A DNA stretch of 63,621 nucleotides, filler included, from Candidatus Woesearchaeota archaeon (lineage in GTDB: Archaea; Nanobdellota; Nanobdellia; Woesearchaeales; B72-G16), in assembly GCA_003650545.1 (NCBI GenBank). It is 15 parts of 15 records of this genome, joined end to end, with 100 filler letters (N's around TTAATTAATTAA, not from the genome) between each part and the next. Parts side by side here need not be neighbours in the genome. Positions count along the whole stretch, not along the records: positions 51,801 to 55,725 come from QMQO01000085.1; positions 55,826 to 59,695 come from QMQO01000086.1; positions 59,796 to 63,621 come from QMQO01000087.1; 12 more parts are not named here. The stretch is one strand, 5' to 3'. The notes below the pieces were generated by a model. The model was not told the origin of the DNA. It saw only the letters and a program-made list of their open reading frames with translations, and ran no database searches. Below are positions 52,874-61,718 of the stretch, piece by piece. The position numbers were made by a program, and so were the translations under genes. Within the stretch, counting starts at the first letter, position 1, and each line of letters starts with the position of its first letter.

Positions 52874-53949
52874 TCACCTAAGAAAACCTTCCATCTCGAA
52901 TATTTTGCGATTTGTTAGATAATCTCTAACCTCCAAGATATTGAACTGTTTAAATTTCCCATTTCGAAAAATGACAATCATACATTGCTGTTGAGTAAAG
53001 TTTACCTCTGTGAAAATAATCATGGAGATTCGTAGACATAACACTCCTTCTGTTATTCGCTCTTTAAGGTTTAAAGTTATCTTTCCCGCTAAGGTGACGA
53101 TGTCTTGATGAGGAAAAATTGGTGTTTGAAATGGTGCTATACGACTTGTCTCTAATATTACTTCTTTTTCATCTTGTCTTAATAAAACAAACCTTGGTGG
53201 TGACCCTCTATCTAAGTTTTTTATTTTAATTTCTTTGTTAGCACCAACAAGTCTTTCTCCCTCTAGCTTTTGCCCGACCGGAATTGATTTGTTAATACCT
53301 AGGATACAATCAACCGTCATAGCTGGTTTTGCACCAATATTTTTGAATACCAGAGTTATTTCCATACTGTTTTCCTTAAAAATCAGGTCACGGGCCTCGA
53401 TATAGACAATAGGTTGTCTTTTTCTTTCGACTGCACTCAGAAACGTCATCATGTCTATTTCTTCAGTTTTTGTTCCTTTTCGCTGGTAAGCTTTACCATC
53501 GAGAGCGGAGTAGTATACGGCATCGTGCCTTTTCCTCACGTAGATTAAGACAACCCATCCCTCACTTTTTGTCTCGTCTTCACCAAAGATCCTAATGTTA
53601 ATAAAAGGTGGTTGAAGATAATATGGTACACTTTTTAATCCACTTATAATCCAGTCTCTGATTCTCATGTCAACTTGTTCCTTATGCTTTCCTAGAAGTT
53701 TTTCAGAAATAGGACATAGTTTTTCACAATCATCCTCTACACCTAAAATTAAAAGTCCTTCACCTTCACCATTTAAAAACCGATCACTTCTTTTAAGATG
53801 CTAACTTTTAGTTTTTTCTCATTTTCAAACTTGCCCGATTTCCTTTCGACAAGTGGTGATTCCGCAAGAATGCAAATTCTAGATAAGTCACTGGAAGTGA
53901 TATCTTCAATTCTTTTACCGAGTAATTCCTCTACTTGGTTTCGCTCCAT
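52874..53949 (-). pseudogene. Schlafen/AlbA_2 domain protein split by a frameshift at 53775-53779
   Basis: ATG 53949 gives MERNQVEELLGK...ESPLVERKS...KEVIGF*. The shifted frame continues FLNGEGEGLLILGVED...MRIRDW...AYQRKGTKTE. Confidence 0.7.
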
Positions 53950-54406
53950 CGATTTTAATAAAATAAATTGGACTCTTAAGCGTTACTCGAATCGTATAAC
54001 ATTTAGAGAGAAAATAGTTTAAAAACTCAGTACTAAGATGCGCATTCTTAACCTCAAAATATAAAGAAGCGATAGCGATTTTTGGATGTTGATTCACTTC
54101 AAAACCATTATGGAAAACATCTGTTCGGTAGGGTCCACTATACCGGTCCCCCCACGTAGGAATTAAGAGATCCATACCACTAAACAGGATTTGTGACCGT
54201 GGGCCTTTCTAGTTACATGCGTAGTTACAGTTACATAACTAGTTATAAGAGCACCTCCTCAAATATACTGACTTCAGGTCCTTGAGCAATTAAGAACAAA
54301 GAGAATATTAACAATATGAGAGAAATCATGGCAACGCCTATGAATACAATGTTATGTTATTTCATTTAGCGGATTAAAGAGAGGCGAGCTCGATGTTTTC
54401 CTGACC

Positions 54407-55414
54407 TTATGGGAAGATGAGGCTTCCCTCGATTGTTGCTATTTCATTTCCCTCATCATTTATCAGAACGACTTTGACTGTATGTGATCCCGCTTTCAGG
54501 CCGGATGCGTAGGCGTTGACCTTGATGCTTGAGCTGCCTGGAGGGATGGGCTCAGGGAATACATCGATCATCTTAGTTTCTTCGTCGAGTGTGAGCCTGG
54601 CCTTAACCACGTAAGTAGGTAGGTCTCCGCTGTTCTCGAGATGAACTATTACTCCAAGAAGGCTTCCTCCGAGATATTCGTACCACTTCTTCTCAAACTC
54701 CAATTTCACTGCCTTAACCTCGTAACCGGAGAACTCGAACTCCTTCTCCGCCAGCTTTCCAAACAGCGACTCCATGACCACCTTATATTTCCCAAGGAGC
54801 GGGGTTTCGCCATACGTGGACATCGGAAGGTAAACAGCGGTCTCATCGGGAGATACTATATCTGAGGACTTTTCTTCCCCGTCGGGACCTATCAGCTTCA
54901 GGGCTGCGGTCACGCTGGTAGTGAACTTCACGTATAGGTGGGCAACTTTGTTCCTCATTACGACGCTTGCTGAGACTATCTCGCATCCAGATGGCGGCTT
55001 GGGAGTCGCGGTGACTGTTTGAGTAACCGTAGCAGTCGTAACCTGCGTATGCGTCTTAATTACCGTCAGCGTCGTGATTACCGTTGACGGGGGAGACATC
55101 ATGGTCACAGTCACTGGCTTCGTGGAGAGCTGGGTTACCGTGACTTCTTTCACAACCCTAGGGCCGTACCCAATGCCATATCCAAGGATGAGACCACCAA
55201 GGATAAAAGCTACTAAAATTAGGGCTATCCACTTTCCTATTCCGTCACCAGTCTTACTCGGAACCGGCTCTTGGGGAGGTGTCGGCTTTTGTTCAGGTCC
55301 CTTTCTCGGAGACAGCGAGAACTTGTATCCACAGTCCATGCACTCCCACTCACCTTTATAACCGATTATGTTCCCGCCACCACACCGCGGACACCTTTCA
55401 GGAGCCGTGCCCAT
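54407..55414 (-). CDS. membrane-anchored protein: N-terminal zinc ribbon, TM helix, Thr-rich stalk, Ig-like domains
   Basis: CPRCGG...CMDCG, a hydrophobic helix, a VTVT/TTAT tract and LENSGDLP. Confidence 0.7.
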   Translation of the reverse strand: MGTAPERCPRCGGGNIIGYKGEWECMDCGYKFSLSPRKGPEQKPTPPQEPVPSKTGDGIGKWIALILVAFILGGLILGYGIGYGPRVVKEVTVTQLSTKPVTVTMMSPPSTVITTLTVIKTHTQVTTATVTQTVTATPKPPSGCEIVSASVVMRNKVAHLYVKFTTSVTAALKLIGPDGEEKSSDIVSPDETAVYLPMSTYGETPLLGKYKVVMESLFGKLAEKEFEFSGYEVKAVKLEFEKKWYEYLGGSLLGVIVHLENSGDLPTYVVKARLTLDEETKMIDVFPEPIPPGSSSIKVNAYASGLKAGSHTVKVVLINDEGNEIATIEGSLIFP

Positions 55415-55825
55415 ATCAATTCCTAAAAACCCGGCCTCGAAAATAAGCTTTTAGAGACTTCTTAACCAAAGAATCTGGCTTGAGTAATTCAGCCTCTTCT
55501 CATCGAGCCCGAGATCGAGGTGGAGACGGAAATTCCTCTGAGATTATAGAACTCCATCATTTTTCACATATCAGTCAGTCGTTAAGAATATGTTTCTGGG
55601 TTTGTCCGAATTCACCTGATTAAGACCTTTCAAAATCTCCTTGAAGAGGGATTATAATGAGTGATCATTCAGATTTCTCATAGTTTCTTGCATGTTGCGT
55701 TTTCATGGATTTTGAGAGGCAGGTCNNNNNNNNNNNNNNNNNNNNNNNNNNNNNNNNNNNNNNNNNNNNTTAATTAATTAANNNNNNNNNNNNNNNNNNN
55801 NNNNNNNNNNNNNNNNNNNNNNNNN

Positions 55826-55926
55826 AGCGCTTCAATCTCTCCATTAATGTTATCCAATTTAATACGGTAATCGTTGAGAATCTTATACGTCTTAACAATT
55901 AGTTTATAAATATCTGTTGTATCCAT
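55826..55926 (-). CDS. hypothetical protein N-terminal fragment (mirror copy)
   Basis: Mirror of 59595-59695. Confidence 0.45.
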
Positions 55927-56006
55927 TACCTTTACCCCCTATTTACTATCTAGTAAAATAATAGGTTAGAATTAGTAAAAAAGATTTATTGGTTATAATT
56001 ATGTTA

Positions 56007-56969
56007 TCATTTTTCTACCATTTCCTTGATCTCCTTCATTAACTTCTTTAGCTCTCTTTTCTTCTCCATTTTTTCACTTATTTGTTGTAGTTTAGCTATT
56101 TTCTTCTCAATCGCTAACTTTTGTTTCTGTAATAAATGAATCTCCTCTTCTAGCAATATTGTTTCTAATACTTCTTGGGCTAGTTTCATAGTATATGTTA
56201 ATCGTTTCTCCTCATACTTTTTACGGAAATAGCGAGGCAATTGCAAAGGAAAAACCATTACTGCTTTCCTATGAAGCCATACCTTATCAAAAACATCTAT
56301 AGAGCTTTCATATACTTTAGCAATACTCCATTCAATCTTACTGTTTTCAGCAAATAATTTAGCTAGTTTAGGATCGTAATCCTCTAATAATCTGTAATAG
56401 AATTGTCTTTCATGGAAACTCATTTTATGAACATGGATTCTTAAATCCGCTAATTGACGTATATATTTATGGATTGAAGCAACATCCGTGAATAAACTAG
56501 CCCCAAGTACTTGCCTAAACAAATTGGTAAACTCCAAGAACCTTGTTTTAGCTCTTTCTTGAGACCACTTACTGATCCATGTTCCAGCATCATCCATACC
56601 AATAGCTATTAATGGCTTAGCCTCTTTCAAATGCTCTATTATCACTAGCAAAGCCTCTTTAGGATCAAATAATATGTATCTTAAAGCCTCTTTATAATTA
56701 GGATTCCATTTAGTCCCATAAACCATTGCTAGGATATGGGCTAGTAATGTTGTTTTACCCTGTCCCCTCTTCCCCGATATAATGATTGAAATATGATAGT
56801 TGTTTTTGAAAGCTCTTTTAATAAGATCTACTAAGTCATTTATAGTGAATATCTTTTGCTCTCCTTGTTCTGTTATCTCCATAAGCATTTTATTAAGCTC
56901 ATTAGCCAATAAATTAACTCTCTCCTCAATAGGTCTATCAGTTATTTTATATAGAGTTTTTAAAGGCAT
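56007..56969 (-). CDS. P-loop ATPase, fusellovirus B251-like (mirror copy)
   Basis: Identical to 58552-59514. Confidence 0.75.
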   Translation of the reverse strand: MPLKTLYKITDRPIEERVNLLANELNKMLMEITEQGEQKIFTINDLVDLIKRAFKNNYHISIIISGKRGQGKTTLLAHILAMVYGTKWNPNYKEALRYILFDPKEALLVIIEHLKEAKPLIAIGMDDAGTWISKWSQERAKTRFLEFTNLFRQVLGASLFTDVASIHKYIRQLADLRIHVHKMSFHERQFYYRLLEDYDPKLAKLFAENSKIEWSIAKVYESSIDVFDKVWLHRKAVMVFPLQLPRYFRKKYEEKRLTYTMKLAQEVLETILLEEEIHLLQKQKLAIEKKIAKLQQISEKMEKKRELKKLMKEIKEMVEK

Positions 56970-56979
56970 TTCACTCCCC

Positions 56980-57402
56980 TCATAACTCGGGAGGCTTTAC
57001 AATAGAAACAGGTAATTGTTCCCCTAGTACAATTGATAATTTACTTATTATCCTAGCCTCCATAACCTTGATCTGAGATTTTACCCTACAATATTCTAAT
57101 ACTTCTTTAGGAACATCATATATATTACCAAGAAATATTTCACGATCATAATATCCCATTAATGACTTGAAAACCATTAACCTAGCCTCTAATTCACTAA
57201 GCATATCCATTATATTCATTAGATCAGTATAATCCTTTTTCCTAACCTCTATTTTCCGAGTCCTCTCCATAAAATCAATAAGGAAACTAACTAGGCTTTT
57301 CAAAATATCTATCTTATCCTCAATACGAGGAGAATAGGCTAGGCGGTTCAATAGCAATATCACATAGTAGGCTTTAGGGCTTAGGCTTATAGTTCTAGGC
57401 AA
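56980..57402 (-). CDS. hypothetical helical protein (mirror copy)
   Basis: Identical to 58119-58541. Confidence 0.65.
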   Translation of the reverse strand: MPRTISLSPKAYYVILLLNRLAYSPRIEDKIDILKSLVSFLIDFMERTRKIEVRKKDYTDLMNIMDMLSELEARLMVFKSLMGYYDREIFLGNIYDVPKEVLEYCRVKSQIKVMEARIISKLSIVLGEQLPVSIVKPPEL

Positions 57403-57574
57403 TACTATCCACTCTCCGTGTCTCCCCCTACATGACTCGAGGACTACACATAAATGTATATACTAAAAACCTTATAGATATATTTACTTCTATACATTCA
57501 TGTACCGCACCCTCCCGCACCCACGACCCCCGCCATTTCTTTTCTATAAGAAAGTGTATCATAAATTTAATGGT

Positions 57575-57674
57575 ATACCATCACGATGGAAAGCGGTATA
57601 CCATCAATTCATGTCGCAGGATACCATCACGATGGAAAGCGGTATACCATCAATTGATGGAGTTCACACCATCA
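57575..57674 (+). repeat. iteron-like array
   Basis: 35-bp ATACCATCACGATGGAAAGCGGTATACCATCAATT at 57575 and 57621; CCATCA at 57578, 57601, 57624, 57647 and 57669. Confidence 0.85.
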
Positions 57675-57846
57675 GTTCTGAAGGTCGGGGGGGTGCAACA
57701 TAACCTGCAACATAAAATTGATAGAGGGTATATAAACCCCTGATGGAGATTCAGGATTCTAGAATCCTGAATCTCCATCAGGGGTTTATATACCCTCTAT
57801 CAATTTTATGTTGCAGGTTATGTTGCACCCCCCCGACCTTCAGAAC

Positions 57847-57946
57847 TGATGGTGTGAACTCCATCAATTGATGGTATACCGCTTTCCATCGTGATGGTAT
57901 CCTGCGACATGAATTGATGGTATACCGCTTTCCATCGTGATGGTAT
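57847..57946 (-). repeat. iteron-like array (mirror copy)
   Basis: Reverse complement of 57575-57674. Confidence 0.85.
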
Positions 57947-58118
57947 ACCATTAAATTTATGATACACTTTCTTATAGAAAAGAAATGGCGGGGGTCGTGG
58001 GTGCGGGAGGGTGCGGTACATGAATGTATAGAAGTAAATATATCTATAAGGTTTTTAGTATATACATTTATGTGTAGTCCTCGAGTCATGTAGGGGGAGA
58101 CACGGAGAGTGGATAGTA

Positions 58119-58541
58119 TTGCCTAGAACTATAAGCCTAAGCCCTAAAGCCTACTATGTGATATTGCTATTGAACCGCCTAGCCTATTCTCCTCGTATTG
58201 AGGATAAGATAGATATTTTGAAAAGCCTAGTTAGTTTCCTTATTGATTTTATGGAGAGGACTCGGAAAATAGAGGTTAGGAAAAAGGATTATACTGATCT
58301 AATGAATATAATGGATATGCTTAGTGAATTAGAGGCTAGGTTAATGGTTTTCAAGTCATTAATGGGATATTATGATCGTGAAATATTTCTTGGTAATATA
58401 TATGATGTTCCTAAAGAAGTATTAGAATATTGTAGGGTAAAATCTCAGATCAAGGTTATGGAGGCTAGGATAATAAGTAAATTATCAATTGTACTAGGGG
58501 AACAATTACCTGTTTCTATTGTAAAGCCTCCCGAGTTATGA
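58119..58541 (+). CDS. hypothetical helical protein, first gene of the outward-reading operon
   Basis: TTG start after GGAGAGTGGA; 140 aa; 10 nt from the ATPase gene. Confidence 0.65.
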   Translation: MPRTISLSPKAYYVILLLNRLAYSPRIEDKIDILKSLVSFLIDFMERTRKIEVRKKDYTDLMNIMDMLSELEARLMVFKSLMGYYDREIFLGNIYDVPKEVLEYCRVKSQIKVMEARIISKLSIVLGEQLPVSIVKPPEL

Positions 58542-58551
58542 GGGGAGTGAA

Positions 58552-59514
58552 ATGCCTTTAAAAACTCTATATAAAATAACTGATAGACCTATTGAGGAGA
58601 GAGTTAATTTATTGGCTAATGAGCTTAATAAAATGCTTATGGAGATAACAGAACAAGGAGAGCAAAAGATATTCACTATAAATGACTTAGTAGATCTTAT
58701 TAAAAGAGCTTTCAAAAACAACTATCATATTTCAATCATTATATCGGGGAAGAGGGGACAGGGTAAAACAACATTACTAGCCCATATCCTAGCAATGGTT
58801 TATGGGACTAAATGGAATCCTAATTATAAAGAGGCTTTAAGATACATATTATTTGATCCTAAAGAGGCTTTGCTAGTGATAATAGAGCATTTGAAAGAGG
58901 CTAAGCCATTAATAGCTATTGGTATGGATGATGCTGGAACATGGATCAGTAAGTGGTCTCAAGAAAGAGCTAAAACAAGGTTCTTGGAGTTTACCAATTT
59001 GTTTAGGCAAGTACTTGGGGCTAGTTTATTCACGGATGTTGCTTCAATCCATAAATATATACGTCAATTAGCGGATTTAAGAATCCATGTTCATAAAATG
59101 AGTTTCCATGAAAGACAATTCTATTACAGATTATTAGAGGATTACGATCCTAAACTAGCTAAATTATTTGCTGAAAACAGTAAGATTGAATGGAGTATTG
59201 CTAAAGTATATGAAAGCTCTATAGATGTTTTTGATAAGGTATGGCTTCATAGGAAAGCAGTAATGGTTTTTCCTTTGCAATTGCCTCGCTATTTCCGTAA
59301 AAAGTATGAGGAGAAACGATTAACATATACTATGAAACTAGCCCAAGAAGTATTAGAAACAATATTGCTAGAAGAGGAGATTCATTTATTACAGAAACAA
59401 AAGTTAGCGATTGAGAAGAAAATAGCTAAACTACAACAAATAAGTGAAAAAATGGAGAAGAAAAGAGAGCTAAAGAAGTTAATGAAGGAGATCAAGGAAA
59501 TGGTAGAAAAATGA
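58552..59514 (+). CDS. P-loop ATPase, fusellovirus B251-like, with C-terminal coiled coil
   Basis: Walker A GKRGQGKT, Walker B IGMDDAGTW and LPRYFRKKYEEKR; GAGGGG SD. Confidence 0.75.
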   Translation: MPLKTLYKITDRPIEERVNLLANELNKMLMEITEQGEQKIFTINDLVDLIKRAFKNNYHISIIISGKRGQGKTTLLAHILAMVYGTKWNPNYKEALRYILFDPKEALLVIIEHLKEAKPLIAIGMDDAGTWISKWSQERAKTRFLEFTNLFRQVLGASLFTDVASIHKYIRQLADLRIHVHKMSFHERQFYYRLLEDYDPKLAKLFAENSKIEWSIAKVYESSIDVFDKVWLHRKAVMVFPLQLPRYFRKKYEEKRLTYTMKLAQEVLETILLEEEIHLLQKQKLAIEKKIAKLQQISEKMEKKRELKKLMKEIKEMVEK

Positions 59515-59594
59515 TAACATAATTATAACCAATAAATCTTTTTTACTAATTCTAACCTATTATTTTACTAGATAGTAAATAGGGGGTAAAGGTA

Positions 59595-59695
59595 ATGGAT
59601 ACAACAGATATTTATAAACTAATTGTTAAGACGTATAAGATTCTCAACGATTACCGTATTAAATTGGATAACATTAATGGAGAGATTGAAGCGCT
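59595..59695 (+). CDS. hypothetical protein N-terminal fragment
   Basis: MDTTDIYKLIVKTYKILNDYRIKLDNINGEIEA runs off the contig; GGGGGT/AAGGT SD-like sequence upstream. Confidence 0.45.
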
Positions 59696-59796
59696 NNNNN
59701 NNNNNNNNNNNNNNNNNNNNNNNNNNNNNNNNNNNNNNNTTAATTAATTAANNNNNNNNNNNNNNNNNNNNNNNNNNNNNNNNNNNNNNNNNNNNG

Positions 59797-61683
59797 AGAT
59801 CTGAAGACGATTTAACACACAAATTAGTTGATATAATGAGAATTAACCATAGACTGGAGGCAAATATTGATGCAGGAGCACCGCAGTTAATTATAGAGGA
59901 TCTTTGGGAGCTTCTTCAATATCATGTTTCAACATTCTTTAACAATGAAATGCCTAATATCCCTCCAGCAAGGCACAGAAGCGGAAGACCTTTGAAAACT
60001 TTATCACAGAGGTTAAAAGGAAAAGAAGGCCGTTTTAGATACAATCTTTCAGGAAAAAGAGTCAATTTTTCTGCAAGAACTGTTATCTCTCCAGACCCGA
60101 ATATTTCTATTAATGAAGTAGGAGTCCCCTTTATGGTTGCAGAAGAATTAACAATTCCATTAGTAGTTACAAACTGGAATATAGAAAGATGCAAAGAGTA
60201 TATTAAAGCTGTTGAGTATCCAAAAGCAAAATATGTTGTAAGATCAGATGGAAAAAGAATAAGAGTCAGAGGAAACATTTTTGAAGAGTTGTTGGAAAAC
60301 ATTGAGCCAGGTTGGATAATTGAAAGGCAGCTTGTTGACGGCGACATAGTTTTATTTAATAGACAGCCTTCTTTGCATAGGATAGGTATAATGGAGCATG
60401 AGGTAAAAGTTTTGCCAGGCAAAACATTTAGATTGAATCCAATTGTTTGCCCTCCTTATAATGCTGATTTTGATGGGGATGAAATGAATCTTCATGCGAT
60501 ACAAACTGTTGAGGCAAGGGTTGAAGCAAGAGAATTGATGAAAGTTCAGGAGCAGATTATTTCTCCAAGACACGGCCATGCAATTATAAAACCAGAAGAA
60601 GACCACATTTCAGGAGTATTTTATACAACAGCAGAAGAAACAGAGTATACAAAAGAAGAGGCCTGTGATCTGCTTGCAATGGCAGGCATCACAAAGATTC
60701 CTGAACCAGATAAAAAAGACAAATATTCAGGAAAATTAATTGTTTCATCTTTATTTCCACCTGATTTAAATATTAGGCAGAAAACAAAATTTTATCCAGA
60801 TCCAGAAGGATATGTTGTAATAAAAGATGGCATACTTCTTTCAGGAGCATTAGAAAGCAAAACATACCAAAACATAATCCTTGAAGAGATTTTCCACAAC
60901 CATGGAGCAGAAGCAGCGGGACAATTTTTAGACAGAAGCACAAGATTAATTTTGGCTGGTTTAACATGGCATGGTTTGAGTGTTTCATTGAATAATTATG
61001 CATTGCCTGATGAAGTAGAGAAAAAATTAGATAGTTTATTAGATACTACTAGGAGGGAAATAGACGCTGTTCTTATACAATATAAAAATAAAACATTGGA
61101 AAGAACACCAGGAATGACACTAAAAGAATCTTTAGAAGATAAAATTATGGCAATAACTTCAGATTCAAGAGCAAAGGTTGAAAAGTTGGTTGAAAAAGCT
61201 TTAGGGATCAAAAATCCGGCAGTTGTTATGGCAAAATCAGGATCAAGAGGAAGCATATTAGATACAATTCAGATGTCAGCAGTTGTTGGACAGCAGTCAG
61301 TGAGATCAAAGAGGTTAAGCAGAGGTTACAGGGGCAGAGTTCTTCCGCATTTCAAAAGAAAAGATTTGGGTGCAGAACCACATGGGTTTGTTTATAATTC
61401 GTTTAGGAAAGGTCTGACACCAACAGAATTCTTCTTTATGGATATGGGAGGAAGAGAATCGTTGGTTAATACAGCTATAAGAACTGGAAGAAGCGGTTAT
61501 ATGCAAAGAAGATTAATTAATGCACTGCAGGACATAATAGTTGAAAGAAATTCAATAGTAAAAGATGCAAAGGGCATTGTGGTGCAATTCTTATATGGGG
61601 GAGATGGGTTGGATCCTTCAAAAGCAAGCGCAGGAGCGTATATTGAAAGCGCACCTTCAAAAGACGATTATGAAACAGCATAA
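59797..61683 (+). CDS. rpoA1: DNA-directed RNA polymerase subunit A' (Rpo1N), 5' truncated
   Basis: RLKGKEGRFRYNLSGKRV, NRQPSLH, catalytic NADFDGD and TGRSGYMQRRL. Confidence 0.97.
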   Translation, partial: RSEDDLTHKLVDIMRINHRLEANIDAGAPQLIIEDLWELLQYHVSTFFNNEMPNIPPARHRSGRPLKTLSQRLKGKEGRFRYNLSGKRVNFSARTVISPDPNISINEVGVPFMVAEELTIPLVVTNWNIERCKEYIKAVEYPKAKYVVRSDGKRIRVRGNIFEELLENIEPGWIIERQLVDGDIVLFNRQPSLHRIGIMEHEVKVLPGKTFRLNPIVCPPYNADFDGDEMNLHAIQTVEARVEARELMKVQEQIISPRHGHAIIKPEEDHISGVFYTTAEETEYTKEEACDLLAMAGITKIPEPDKKDKYSGKLIVSSLFPPDLNIRQKTKFYPDPEGYVVIKDGILLSGALESKTYQNIILEEIFHNHGAEAAGQFLDRSTRLILAGLTWHGLSVSLNNYALPDEVEKKLDSLLDTTRREIDAVLIQYKNKTLERTPGMTLKESLEDKIMAITSDSRAKVEKLVEKALGIKNPAVVMAKSGSRGSILDTIQMSAVVGQQSVRSKRLSRGYRGRVLPHFKRKDLGAEPHGFVYNSFRKGLTPTEFFFMDMGGRESLVNTAIRTGRSGYMQRRLINALQDIIVERNSIVKDAKGIVVQFLYGGDGLDPSKASAGAYIESAPSKDDYETA

Positions 61684-61718
61684 TTAATTATGCAAAATTA
61701 TGATAAAGAGGGAATTAA

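Larger units (their letters stand above)
55826..59695. repeat. 3870-bp perfect palindrome (two 1935-bp inverted arms, axis at 57760/57761, no loop)
   Basis: All ORFs are mirrored (x maps to 115521-x); centre is GATTCAGGATTCT|AGAATCCTGAATC. Confidence 0.97.

Noticed and set aside
54210..54246. Clustered AGTTAC/AGTTAT short repeats
   Set aside because: Too short and irregular to assign a function.
57575..57655. 35-bp direct repeat as a mini CRISPR array
   Set aside because: Only two copies with an 11-bp gap, internal 23-bp periodicity and no cas genes; it fits iterons better.
57432..58089. Track ORFs of 103 aa and 67 aa around the palindrome axis
   Set aside because: They translate the iteron repeats, overlap each other and converge on the axis; most likely non-coding.
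47742..59695. Apparent defence island of Argonaute, Schlafen and a viral ATPase
   Set aside because: These lie on three separate contigs joined by linkers, so their adjacency carries no information.
61681..61690. TAATTAATTA resembling the linker between rpoA1 and rpoA2
   Set aside because: No flanking Ns and the gene order is the normal operon order; natural AT-rich sequence.
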